Source: Octopus vulgaris (lineage: Eukaryota). Taken from it: a DNA stretch of 64,000 nt. Below are positions 37,061-49,850 of the stretch, one piece after another. The stretch covers positions 89,404,001 through 89,468,000 of the forward strand of contig OX597821.1 of the NCBI GenBank assembly GCA_951406725.2, read 5' to 3'. The position numbers and the translations under genes are program-made. The stretch's first letter is position 1, and each line of letters begins with the position of its first letter. The notes under the pieces are model-generated. The model searched no databases and was not told the origin of the DNA. It saw only the letters and a program-made list of their open reading frames with translations.

Positions 37061-38359
37061 TGATCAGTCAGTGTTCACTAATACTTTCTCCCCTCCACCC
37101 CCACCCCCGCCCCGTTAAAGACTATCAACGAAGATTACATGATATATTTACGACTCCAGTCAAAAAAAAAATCTAATCTGTAGTTTCTTGTTTGTTCATT
37201 AAATTAGCCAGGACCAAAATATGCACTGCATCGGTGCCGTGATGTCATTAGCCAGACTAAACTCAGAAACACTGATGGCTGTCATTCCTTAACTCTGGAG
37301 AAAATAAATAAATAAACGAATAAATATAAAAAAAAAACACCCATGTAAAAGCAAACAAAATAAAAATGCTAAGACCTTATCGTATTATAAACACAAGGAA
37401 AGTGATCCGCATCTTTATTCAATCATTTCCAACGCAAATGTTAGGAAAATAAAATGGTATTTAGCTACCGGTCAAAAGATAACAAGTTCCTACATGTTTT
37501 TATAGTACTTTTATGCTTCACCAGAGGGAACTGGAGCATACAGTTCTTATGTTGTAACTTCGGCCATTTTGTTCAGTAGAGAGACATGTAAAGGTACAGA
37601 AGTGAACTTTTCGAAGATTACTATTTTATCTGTGATGGTTTCACTCAGTTTTATGTTCGGCAATTTGTTTCTGGCAAGGTTTAGGACACCGACTCAATCC
37701 AATATCTCTTTTATTTCGTTCTGTTAATCTGTCTAATCTATGACTTTATCTTCTTATTTACTTATTTATTTGTATTTTTATTTTTGGCTGTCTTTACTTT
37801 TCATTCTCATTCAACCATTTTTTACTCTCTTTTACTCTTTATTTACTGTTCCTACGCAGCTTGCTCCCCATCTATCTCTGTCTCTCTCTCTCACTCTCTC
37901 TCTCTCTCACTCTCTCCCTTTTTTCTTCACTGTTTCCTTCTATTTATCCCTATTCTCTCTCTGTCTATATTTTGGCTACTTTTCTTTTCTCTGTTTCTAT
38001 TTGGCCTTCTCAAAGAAATAAAATTGGACTCTCTCTCTCTGTTTCTCTCTCAGTGCACTTTCATTTCTCTCTCTCTCTTTCTTCCTCGCTCCTTCATTCT
38101 CTCTCAATGCGTCTTTCAATTTTCTCTCTCTCTCTCTCCTCTCCATGCGCCCTTCATTTTGCGCTCCCTCTCACAGTGCACTTTTAATCCTCTCTCTCTC
38201 TCTCTCTCTCTCTCATACCATACTTCTGCATTGTCTTTACTTAAAGAAGTTCAAATTAAAAACTCTGTGCAATACAAAACTTAATACATTTTGTTGGTAA
38301 GTAACTGAAGCGAAGTTCAATTCCTAGCAACAGCATTATTTTTCCTAATGTATAACATT

Positions 38360-38809
38360 AGTATATTCTGTTGTGTCCGGGAAAAGTAATTTTCTTTTTT
38401 GCGCCTTATAATGTAACACACTCACCGGTAAAATTTCCAGTTATTTCTTATTTTTATTTTCCTAAAATTTTCGTTGCGTCTTGCAACCTTTTCACTAGTC
38501 TTGACTCTGTTCGTTATTTACACTGTGTTCCTTTTGGTTTGTTTGTGTGCATGTGTGTGTGTGTGCCTATGCATGCATGTGCGTATATATATGTATGTAT
38601 ATGTGTGCGTATGCACATGCGCTCAAACAAACAAATAGGAATGCAGTGTAAATAACCGACAGAGTCAAGACTATTGAAAAGGTTGCAAGAAGCAACGAAA
38701 ATTTTAGGAAAATAAAAAATATGAAATAAGTGGAAATTTTGCCGGTGAGTATGTTACATTATAAGGCACAAAAAGAAAATGACTCTCCCCAGACACAACA
38801 GAATGTGCT
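38360..38809. repeat. Long inverted repeat (~195-bp arms), each arm with a hammerhead-like motif
   Basis: Arms 38360-38555 and 38614-38809; motifs at 38462-38498 (-) and 38671-38707 (+). Confidence 0.85.
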
Positions 38810-40213
38810 TCAACACAGGAACTCATATAAAGAATCTTGCAAATTAAATCTAAAAATGAAACATTAGTATAGTTTAGATACAAAACGCTTTGTGTGTGTG
38901 TGTGTGTGTGTGTGATTCTGATGATTTAAATTGCATGATAAATAACAAGTATTTGGAACTCAAGGTGCTTTCTCCTAAATCCTAAAATATAACCGCAAAT
39001 GGAACTTGTCAGAAAATCAGAGCCAGTTGAAAAGTTCACAATTTTCTAAATGAAGGACATTGTGTGTCTATAATAACAACAAGAACACAGTTTGGATTTG
39101 GATGCGCACAGAATTATTCATGCAAGTCTGAAATATGTGCAGAATTTGCACCAAGTTTGTACTTGTGGGATGACGTCAGCAGCTGGGAAGCTGACTGGAA
39201 CTTGGGGGTGACTGGAGGAGGAAGGGGCAGGAGTGACGTGCGTGCAGGCAGAGGAGCATTGGGCCTTTTCGATTGGGGTAGCCAACAGAGCTGGACATGT
39301 GAGTGCTATGTCAAGGTAGGGGAAAAGCAGCTGGTATTTCTAGTATTTGGGTCGGGCCATGTGGAACGGTGCATTACCGCTGAGGAGGTCTGCATCGACG
39401 AAGAGAAGGTAGATGACTCTATTTCAAATCTCTCGCATACACCACAATACTTAGACCTAACACAATTGCCTGGAAAATAACAAGCAGAATAATTATGGGT
39501 TAAAGTGCCTTTAAGCATAAATCAGCTGGAGCAGAACTGACCTGGAACTGAACAACAACAATATCTAGGCTTCTCTACAGTTTCTGTCTTTTAAATTACA
39601 TTTAAAATGCATTGATCAATCTTAGACTCCAATAAAAGACACTCGCCCAAAGTGCCATTCAGTGAGATTGAACATGGAACCAGATAGTTTTCTTCAACCT
39701 CAAACTTTTCTGCTTAGTTTTATGCATCTGGCAAGAATCCATACACATGTGTGTGTGTGTGGTGGGAAGGTTGTCTGAAATCTGGATTTTCACAGATTTG
39801 TTGTCAATTCTTTGCCAATATCTGTTGATTGCTTCTCAGGTATTTGTCAAGTTTTCAATCCATATTTTCCACCTCCTGTTTATGTGTATTCTCTAAGAAT
39901 TATCACCATGTCTTTTGGTTCATTTGCATTCTGTACATACATCACATATTTCTCTCTAAAATATTCTTGTTTTTACTCAAGCTTTACAAAAAAAATTTCT
40001 TTATCTATTTTCTAACAATTTATGAAAGAAAGAAAAAAGTAAAGCTAAAGAAAAAAAAAATACTCTCTATCTTGTTTTTCTTTAATTTCCTCTGGATTAG
40101 CATATATATATCATTCTTTGTGCTTAGAGTCTCAATTTTTGCATATCAAGGTTTTTGTGAAAGGGATTTAACAAAAATATGAAGTTAAACTTTTTGAAAA
40201 ATGAGAAGGATAT

Positions 40214-40700
40214 AGGCGTTGGAGTAACTGTGTGGTAAATAGCTTGCTTACCAACCACATAGTTCTGCATTCAATCCCACTGCTTGTCACCTTGGGCAAC
40301 TGTCTTCTACTATAGCCTCGGGCCAACAAAAGCCTTGTGAGTGGAACTTGTATACAGAAACTGAAAGAAGCCCATTAAATATATGTATATGTCTATATAT
40401 ATGTGTGTGTGCGTTTGTGTGTGTGTGTGTGTATTCTATCGGTCTCTTTTGCTGAACCGCTAAGTTACGGAGATGTAAATACACCAGCATCATTTGTCAA
40501 GTGATGTTTGTGTTTGTCTCCCACACATCATTTGACAACCGATGCTGGTGTGTTTACGTCCCCGTAACTTAGCGGTTTGGCAAAAGAGACCGATAGAATA
40601 AGCACTAAGCTTACAAAGAATAAGTCCTGGGGTCAATTTGTTCGACTAAAGGCGGTACTCCAGCATGGCCACAGTCAAATGACTGAAACAAGTAAAAGAG
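40214..40700 (+). mobile_element. SINE family B with an internal inverted duplication
   Basis: 40432-40507 is the near reverse complement of 40525-40600. Confidence 0.88.
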
Positions 40701-41484
40701 AATCTCTAAATTTTATGGGAAAATTCTAGTATATCTAGAAGTAAACAGAGGAGAGATAGGTCACCTGTTGTGTCTGGGTAGGTAGCTAATCTGTTGAAAG
40801 AGGTATTGCAAGGTAAAATGTTTAGTATGAGTTGTATCATATCAAAGAGAGCACAAGGTAATGTGTTCCAGCTTTACTAAAGCTTTTGTATTGTATCTCT
40901 GAGCAAGTTGCATACATCTCCACTTGCTACAGTTTATGTATCTTTAAGTGGAATGTGGGCAGCCTCTTGCTAACAGAAATCATTTCACTTATAAGTGAAG
41001 CATTCTGCTGCTGAAGACTCAAGAAACCATTATTAAAATATAGGTAAATGTAAACAAGACGTGTCATTGTCAAAATGTGTCTGGCTATAAAGTGATATAA
41101 CCTTACTTGGAAACAGATGAAGGTTGGCAACAGGGAGAGCATGCAGCAATAGAAAATCTGCTTCAGCAAATACCATCTGATGAATACAATTATAGAAGAA
41201 TGAACTTCGAAATGATGATGATGATGAGGAGGATTATATACGTATGTATCATGCATACACACACACACCTATAAACTTATATGCATGTATAAATGTATAA
41301 ATATATATATATATATATATATATACACAAACATATATATATATTTATACATACATACATGCATCCACACATATGTATGTGTGCACGTGTATATAATTGA
41401 AAATGAAGAGGAGGGTGGAGATTTATTCACATCCAAAACATTTTATTAAAAAAAGTATTCTACAGCGTATATATATATCAATGA

Positions 41485-41567
41485 CCAACATATCTTTCAA
41501 TTGCAGCGTCTACACATTGTTCAGAATGCAGTTATGCATCCTAGTCACTGCAATTTTGTCAAGGGTT
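41485..41567 (-). ncRNA. Hammerhead-like motif (U3-A8 core) downstream of the GIY-YIG pseudogene
   Basis: CCC-UUGACAA-AAUUGCAGUG...CGCUGCAAUU-GAAA-GAUAU-GUU-GG; 10-bp stem II. Confidence 0.55.
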
Positions 41568-41934
41568 CATCACTTGTGATGTTTTCAAAGTGAACTAATT
41601 CAAATAAGCTTTCTGCATTGGTATTCAGTTGAGGGTTATTATGTCACTTTTTAAATCAAATTGAATTTTGACTTTATAATCACCTATACTGGTATTATAG
41701 TGGAATTGGGGTTTATAAAATGTTCATTCATATTACAAGCAAGTTTAGTAGTCTTGTTTACATTTTACTGTATAGGGTACATTATTCATTCACAGGTAAT
41801 TCACTTATGTTTGTGTTTATACCCTCAATTAATATTATTATTGTTACTAAAATTATTTTAGCATTATTCGCAAAAAGGTCATTAATTATCACAATCATTA
41901 TATTAACTAGTATAAGTACTAAAGCTGATAATTT

Positions 41935-42393
41935 ATGTTTCTTTAAATTGTTTAAATGTATGTTTAATACAATGTGGACATGTCAAAGCCTATTCCTGTC
42001 TAGCATTGATAATAGTATATTTAGAAAAGAAAATTTGGTACATTTTCTCCACAAAAAAGTTACATCTATTATTGCCTATTCTATAAGGTTTTGCTTTACT
42101 AATAATTTCTCAAGTAATTGAAATACTTTGTTACTATCTTTAAGTGCCCAAATTAGTTTACTAAATCTGGTAGTATTCATTTTGTCCCTATTTCTAAATG
42201 AACTTAAATGATTGGCAATTCTCTGCTTAATATAACATGAGCTAGCTCCTATATAGAAATATTCTCTATTCACTGAGGTAATCTTACATCTGTATACGAT
42301 ATTTTTATGTTTACAATCACAGTCAAGTGGACAGACCCTGTATCTTGCACAATCACAACTAATATTTCTAGTACTTCCATTACAATCATCCAC
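41935..42393 (-). pseudogene. Penelope-like element GIY-YIG endonuclease (frameshifted)
   Basis: CDC...CPLDCDC..KNIVYRCKI...FYIGAS...KQRIANHLSSF...SKLIWALK, then in another frame EIISKAKPY...RCN...INARQE...CPH. Confidence 0.85.
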
Positions 42394-43261
42394 TTCACCT
42401 ACTCTAGATATGATTTTTATATTCTCCTATCTTCTAAGCTATTAGCCTTTTCCACAGGGACCACTCTTTGGTTCATATCCACTACTTTCAGGCCATATCC
42501 AGTCTAGGATTCATATTCACTACTTCTAAGCCAGCTGTGGAGCTCCCTTGGGCCTCTTCAACTCCATTGGTTGTCAAACCATAGTTCCTATCCTGATACC
42601 CAGCTGTGTCACCCACAGTTTGTCCAATTTCTCCTCTATTAATTCTGCCCGACCAAGTCTCGCTCTATCATCTATTTTTCAACCCTCGCGTATTTGTCTA
42701 TCGATCTCCGCCATCTTTGAAGCCTGTTCCCTTAATACACTTCCGCCTTGTCCAAAAATTCCTGTTCCGGTCAATTTCTTTACTTAAGGCAACAACATGT
42801 GCTCTCTCATTCATTCACCTAGCAGCTATAATCTCGAGCACAGCTAAGTTTGAATGCTTATTTTATTTTCACTTCACTTCTCGACCAAACATACATGTTT
42901 TTCTATCTGTTGTTATTTATCTATCTAACTATTGTATCTAATTTCTCCTCTATTAATTCTGCCCGACCAAGTCTCGCTCTATCATCTATTTTCAACCTTC
43001 GCATACTCGCGGTGCACCCACCCTGCCCACCCCCACCACCAATACCGGATATCTCTATATTTTTGCTCCATCTATACCGGATGTTGTTTCTCCCACCACC
43101 ATTATAGGTGTCTACTCTTCGAAACCCCCTCCTCAATACGCTATTTCACCATGCATTACCCTCTTGATATCCTACGTTCTACTTGCCTAAGAACCTGTCA
43201 TCATTTCTCTGAACCACCCCTCCCCACTGGTGCTCCCCTATATTTCTGCCCCCCCCCCCCA

Positions 43262-43504
43262 CATAAAAAGCACCATCCGAACGTGGCCGATGCCAGACCC
43301 CTCTGGCACCTGTGCAGGTGGCACGTAAAAAACACCCACTACACTCGCGGAGTGGTTGGCGTTAGGAAGGGCATCCAGCTGTAGAAACACTGCCAGACTA
43401 GACTGGAGCCTGGGGCAGTCCCTAGCTCCCCAGACCCCGGTCGAAACCGTCCAACCCGTGCTAGCGCGGAAAACGGACGTTAAACGATGATGATGATGAT
43501 GATG

Positions 43505-43505
<1 letters not shown>
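43262..43505 (+). mobile_element. RTE LINE 3' end with (GAT)n tail
   Basis: Family match. Confidence 0.85.
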
Positions 43506-43542
<37 letters not shown>

Positions 43543-44998
43543 GTGTACTGGTATTTAGTTATTTTCAGCGTATAAACACACCAGGCTCAATTAACTAACA
43601 TGATAAACTAACAAAACTGTTATCTCTAGTATCTTCTATTCTATTGAAAACAATTTTTTGTTGCATAGTAGTTGTTATGAGGTCATTCAATTGGCAGAAC
43701 TGAGAGAGCCTGAGACAACATCACTAACAGTATTTAGTTGAACCTGTTTGTATTCTAAGATTACATCCTGCAATGGTTGATTTTAGCCTCTGATCCTTTC
43801 AGGTTTGATCAAATAAGTAATATTTAACCCTTAATATTTAGATTACTCTGTCAAATGTAAGGCAATGTAATTCATATTATTTTGAATTAATCATGCATCA
43901 TCTCATAGCTTCAGGATTTGTCTTTTAAATGACATTGTAGGATAGGCATGAGAGCTCAGATCTAGTCTTTTTTTACTTAAAACAGGTGAAATATTTAGGG
44001 CCTTACATGGCTGGATTAAAGGAGAAAGAGTGAAGTACTAGATTGATATGAAACAGTGGTATAAGGCTCCATATTTGAGCCATTTGCTGATTTTACAAAT
44101 AATCAGTGTAATTGTAAAAAGCTCTTGATTTTGTGTAGTCTTAGGTCTGACACAAACAGGCTTATGTTCTAAAACCTAGCAGAAGACACTTGCCCAAGAT
44201 GCCACGCAGTGGGACTGAACCCGGAACCATGTGGTTGGTTAGCAAGCTACTTACCACACAGCCACTCCTGCGCCTACATATATATATTTCAAGTAAATAA
44301 GTTAAACAGATTCATGTAATATCACACTATGTATTTATGTATGGTTAGATGGCTAGGTGAATGGATGCAGGTATATGTACCTGTGTAGATGTATACACAC
44401 ACACACACAAACACACACACACGTATATGTATCTATGTACCTATTCACCCATATATCTGTGTATAATATTATGTAGATACCTAAACACTTTCTCTCCTAT
44501 GTATCAAAAACTTTCAATGCATTTTATTAAAATATGAAATCGTCTACAGCTAACAGTATTGTTGCATATTATTTCAGAGTTCATCAGAATTTACATGCAC
44601 ACACATACACACATGTATACACACATATTAATGTGTATATATACATACATGCATATTGATGTATATATCTGTATATATATATTGTCAGGGTGTTAAGTCT
44701 CAGTGTATGTTCGTTGTATCCCTGTTGGAATTCGTCTTCACACTCCCTATTACACAAGAAAGTTTTAAGCAATCTTACTTATTGCCATTCTTTGGGAACT
44801 TCAAGAAACATCAATGCTTTGAAGAACCCAGTGAAGGGACCTCTTTGTAATCACTTTGCTCATTATGATGCCTAAACTGCCTTCCAATAAACTTCATACA
44901 CCATTTAAATTGCGATACTTGCTAATGCTGACAGCCTTCCCAGTCTTATGAACCGACAGAAGTTGAATGCCTCTAGTTAGTTAAGCTAATAGAAATAA

Positions 44999-45400
44999 CG
45001 CAGGTGCGGCTGTGTGGTAAGTAGCTTGTTTACTAACCACATGGTTCCAAGTTCAGTCCCACTGCGTGGCACCTTGGGCAAGTGTCTTCTACTATAGCCT
45101 CAGATCAACCAAAGCCTTGTGAGTGGATTTGGTAGATGGAAACTGAAAGAAGCCCATCATATGTGTGTATATATATGTGTGTGTGTGTGTGTATGTTTGT
45201 GTGTCTGTGTTTGTCCCCCCAACATTGCTTGACAACCGATGCTGGTGTATTTACGTACCCGTAACTTAGCGGTTCGGCAAAAGAGAACCGATAGAATAAG
45301 TACTAGGCTTACAAAGAATAAGTCCTGGAGTCGATTTGCTCAACTAAAGGCTGTGCTCCAGCATGGCCACAGTCACATGACTGAAACAAGTAAAGAGAGA
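44999..45400 (+). mobile_element. SINE family B
   Basis: Family match. Confidence 0.9.
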
Positions 45401-45663
45401 ATAACTCTTTAGCTGTTCAACTGACTTTATCCAGCCTAGATATTTTATATGCTTTATGAATATATCAGCCAGATACAGCCTGTAACTCTTACCCTTCAAT
45501 GTCATTCTAAAAGTAAAAAAATCAATTGCATCATTGAAATCTTAAACCTATGAGATAATGCAGAATTTTGGCAGGGGGCAGGAGGTGACATATGGGACAG
45601 AGAGTCACTGAAGAGGTCACAGAATGTGTGATGAAAGAACATTGATGGACAAGTAAACTAAAC

Positions 45664-45669
<6 letters not shown>

Positions 45670-45700
<31 letters not shown>

Positions 45701-46925
45701 CCATCATCACAATCATCCCCATCATCACCATCATCACCACCATCACCATCATCATCATCATGATCATCGTTTAACGTCTGTTTTCCATGCTGGCATGGGT
45801 TGGACGGTTTGACTGGGGACTGGCAAGTCAGGAGGCAGCACCAGGTTCCAGTCTGATCTGGCAAGGTTTCTACAGCTTGATGCCCTTCCTAACACCAACC
45901 ACTCCGAGAGTGTAGTGGGTGCTTTTTATGTGCCACTGGTGTTGGTGCCAGTCAGGTGACACTGGCATTGGCCACGTTCGGATGGTGCTTTTTACATGCC
46001 GCCGACACAGGACCCAGTTGGGGCAGGAGGGGGAGAGGGGCTGGCATCAACCACATTCAGATGGTGCTTTTATGTGCCACCGGCATGGAAGCCAGTAATT
46101 TGGCACAGGCAATGACCCACCATGAATGGTGCTTATTGCATGCCACCAGCATTGGAGCCAGTCAGGTAGCACTGGTATTGGCCACAACTACAATTTCCAT
46201 TTGATTGTGATTTGATTTGATTTTGATTTGCTTGACTCAATAGGTCTCCCCAAGCATGACGTGTCACCCAATGATCCAAAGGTACTTATTAAATGGGCTG
46301 GTTATGCAACACTGGTGTAGGCTATGGCTGTGATATCTCTTTCCTTGCCGGGTCTTCTCAATCACAGCATATCTCCAGAGGTCTTGGTCCTTCATCATTG
46401 CCTCTGCAACGCCCGGCACTCAAAGGTCATGCTTCTCCACCACATCTCATGTCTTCGTGGGTCTCCCTCTTCCATGGGTTCCTTCCACTGTTAGGGAGTG
46501 ACACTTCTTCACACAGCTCCCCTTATCCATACATAGCACATGACCATACTAGCACAGTCGTCTCTCTTGCACACCACATCTGATAATTGTTATGTCCAAC
46601 ATTTCTCTCAGGGAGTTTACACTCTGTCGTGTATGCACAGTTACATTACACATCAAGTAGATCATACTAGCTTCATTTCTTTTGAGCCTACACATGCCTT
46701 CAGCTGTCATGGCCCATATTTCACTGCCGTGTAACATGGCAGTTCGCACATATGTATCATACCATACAATCTACCTTTCACTCTGAGCAAGAGACCCTTT
46801 GTCACCAGTAGAGGTAAAAACTTTCTGAACTTTGACTAGGCTATTCTTATTCTAGTGGCAATACTCTCTGAGCATCCACCCCCACTACAGACTTGGGCAC
46901 CTAGGTAGCAGAAGCTATCAACTAA
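45670..46925 (-). mobile_element. 5'-truncated RTE LINE: RT C-terminus, repeat-containing 3' UTR, (GAT)n tail
   Basis: RTAMLHGSEIWAMTAE...ERRL matches 8500-8670, linking the RT to the (GAT)n-tailed 3' ends. Confidence 0.88.
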
Positions 46926-47244
46926 ACAACAACCTCATTAGTATGGAAGACACAGCAAAAATCATGTAGTCTCTCTCTCTCTCTCTCTTTCCCCTCTCTC
47001 TCCCTTTCTCTCTCCTTTCACCTCCCCTCCATCCCTCTCCCCCTCTCTCACTCTCTTCTATGGAATAAACTCTGGAAGGAAAAATGGTGGTTTCAGTTTA
47101 TAACTAATATATATGCAAGTAACTGAGTGTATTAAAGTATTGTAAATTTGGATAAACTATAGCAGTGAGGAAAACAAAATTTAGTCATCCAGAAGCATGC
47201 AAACACCTTTAACTTCACTGAAACATTTATTTGTATTATTATTT

Positions 47245-47538
47245 TTATCTATGCGCCCTTTTCAAGCTTAGCCAGGATCATGGGCCCGGTTTCCCGGTCT
47301 CTATGGCGTATGTGTTCCCCCAGTCCATCGCACCGTTACAAAAGAAACAGGAAGAAAGAGTGAGAGAATGTTGTGGCGAAAGAGTACAACAGGGATCGCC
47401 ACCACCCCCTGCCAGAGCCTCATGGAGGTTTAGGTGCTTTTGCTCAATAAACATACACAACGCCCAGTCTGGGAATCGAAACCATGATCCTCTAACTGCG
47501 AGTCCGCTGCCCTAACCACTGGGCCATTGCGCTTCCAC
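47245..47538 (-). mobile_element. SINE family C
   Basis: Same head and tail as the 10302 copy. Confidence 0.85.
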
Positions 47539-47639
47539 TCAAAACTGCAACCTGGTTACTAACAAAAAGTGCACAGTCTCTCATACTTTATGCCAGTGAT
47601 TAGGTTACAGTTTCAAGCAATGAAGATTTTGACATTATA

Positions 47640-47930
47640 ACCAGTGCCACCTTGACTGGCTTCCGTGCCGGTGGCACGTAAAATGCACTAATCCGACTGT
47701 GGCCGATGCCAGCCTCGCCTGGCACCAGTGCAGGTGGCACGTAAAAACCACCCATTACACTCACAGAGTGGTTGGCGTTAGGAAGAGCATCCAGCTGTAG
47801 AAACATTGCCATTGCCAGATAAGACTGGAGCATGGTGCAGCCTTCTGGCTTCCCAGATCCCCGGTTGAACCGTCCAACCCATGCTAGCATGGAGAACGGA
47901 CGTTAAACGATGATGATGATGATGATGATG
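47640..47930 (+). mobile_element. RTE LINE 3' end with (GAT)n tail
   Basis: Family match. Confidence 0.85.
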
Positions 47931-48241
47931 AATACAAATAAATGTTTTTAAGCCAAGTTAATGGCTTTTGTGTGTTTCTGAATGGCTAATTTGTGTCTTC
48001 CATATTGCAGTCACTCTAGTTTCTGCATACAATCTTAGATCAAAACATTTGCCATGCAAGTACATCTCTGTAATATTCAAAGAGCTTTTAATATATGTAC
48101 TCTGCATAATAATTGTCTCAACAAGAACATACAGGACCTTTTTTTTAGGATGTGTGCATCACCTTATAATTAAGAGGTCTGGTTGCCTTATGTGGCACAT
48201 GGAGGCAATTATTTTGTACCACTGCTTAGTTCAGTCTAAAC

Positions 48242-48446
48242 CAGGGGTCTCTAAAGTAGTCATCGGCCCTGAGGGTTGGGGGGGGGGGGGGGGGGGGCGA
48301 TGGGACTAATCAAGGGGTTGATAAATGCACATCTACTTAATTTTTATTATTATTTATTCGTTTTCTAGTACATGCTTGGTAGGATCGATGAGGAGTCAAG
48401 GATTTCATGAAGGGGGTCGATGGACTAAAAAGTTTGGGGACCCCTG
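48242..48446. mobile_element. hAT (Charlie-like) MITE
   Basis: CAGGGGTC...GACCCCTG TIRs; perfect 8-bp TSD GTCTAAAC (48234-48241 and 48447-48454). Confidence 0.9.
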
Positions 48447-48767
48447 GTCTAAACCTAAAAGTCTTGTGAGTAAAACTGAATACAGAGAAACTGTGTAGAA
48501 GCCCATCGAAATGACAGTAACCGTTATGGGGTGATAGACTTAAACTATCACTTAGTTTAACCCCATCACCACCACCAGCACCACATCCACCACCACTGCC
48601 ACCACCGTCGCCGCCACTGCCACCACCATCACCACCATCTAAACTTTGGGAGTCTTTAAACTAATCCTTCTCTCTATTGCAAGTATTCAGAACACAGCCC
48701 TGATTCCTTTTCCTGCATCCTCACTAGTGTTACAATTGCTTCAAAAAGATACTAAATAATTCAAGAA

Positions 48768-48946
48768 GGTGCAGGAGAGGCTGTGTGGTAAGTAGCTTGC
48801 TTACCAACCACCTGGTTCCGGGTTCAGTCCCACTGTGTGGCACCTTGGGCAAGTGTCTTCTACTATAGCCTTGGGCCGACCAAAGCCTTGTGAATGGATT
48901 TGGTAGACGGAAACTGAAAGAAACCTGTCATATATATGTATATATA

Positions 48947-48987
<41 letters not shown>

Positions 48988-49377
48988 TGTATAGAGGGCA
49001 TTATTACACATAAATGCCTCACACTAAGAGGGACATAAGTCATTACTACCAAAATTTCACTAATCGTACCTAATGCAGTTTTCAAAGCAGGACATTTAAA
49101 AAATGAATTTAGTTCTATATCACCTGTGATTTCACACTTTAAATGTCCTACTTTGAAAACTGCATTAGGTACGATTAGTGAAATTTTGGTAGTAATGACT
49201 TTTGTCCCTCTTTGTGTGAGGCATTTATGAGTAATAATGCCCTCTATACATTATAAATTAATATTTTCAAAAGGAAAAAAATTATTTTCGAATTTTTTTC
49301 TCTTATGAGGTTTTTCACTCTAACTACCTGATAATTTCTTGTTAAGATTCCTTATTAAGAAGTTATCCTTAATTGTT

Positions 49378-49412
<35 letters not shown>

Positions 49413-49850
49413 GTGCAGGTGGCACGTAAAAAGCACCCAATCCACTCACGGAGTGGTTGGCGTTAGGAAGGGCATCCAGCCGTAGAAACTCTGCCAGATT
49501 CAGACTGGAGCCTGGAGCGGCCCCTGGCTTCCCAGACCCGGTCAAACCGTCCAACCCGTGCTAGCGCGGAAAGCGGACGTTAAACGATGATGATGATGAT
49601 GATGATGATATGTATGTATATGTATGTGTGTATCTGTTTGTGTGTCTGTGTTTGTCACCCCAACATCGCTTGACAACCAATGGTGGTGTGCTTACGTCCC
49701 TGTAACTTAGCTGTTCGGCAAAAGAGACCAATAGAATTAGTACTAGGCTTACAAAAAAAAATAAGTCCTGGGGTCGATTTGCTTGACTTAAAGTGGTGCT
49801 CCAGCATGGCCGCAGTCAAATGACTGAAACAAGTAGAAGAGAGCAAAGAG
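48768..49850 (+). mobile_element. SINE family B split by a fold-back element and an RTE 3' end (49411-49608)
   Basis: 5' half at 48768-48960, 3' half at 49609-49850. Confidence 0.85.
48988..49250. repeat. Inverted repeat (113-bp arms, 37-bp spacer) with a hammerhead-like motif in each arm
   Basis: Arms 48988-49100 and 49138-49250; motifs at 49148-49192 (+) and 49046-49090 (-). Confidence 0.85.

Noticed and set aside
39064-39480. 138-aa plus-strand ORF as a CDS
   Set aside because: Non-ATG start and no recognisable homology; kept only as an unexplained island
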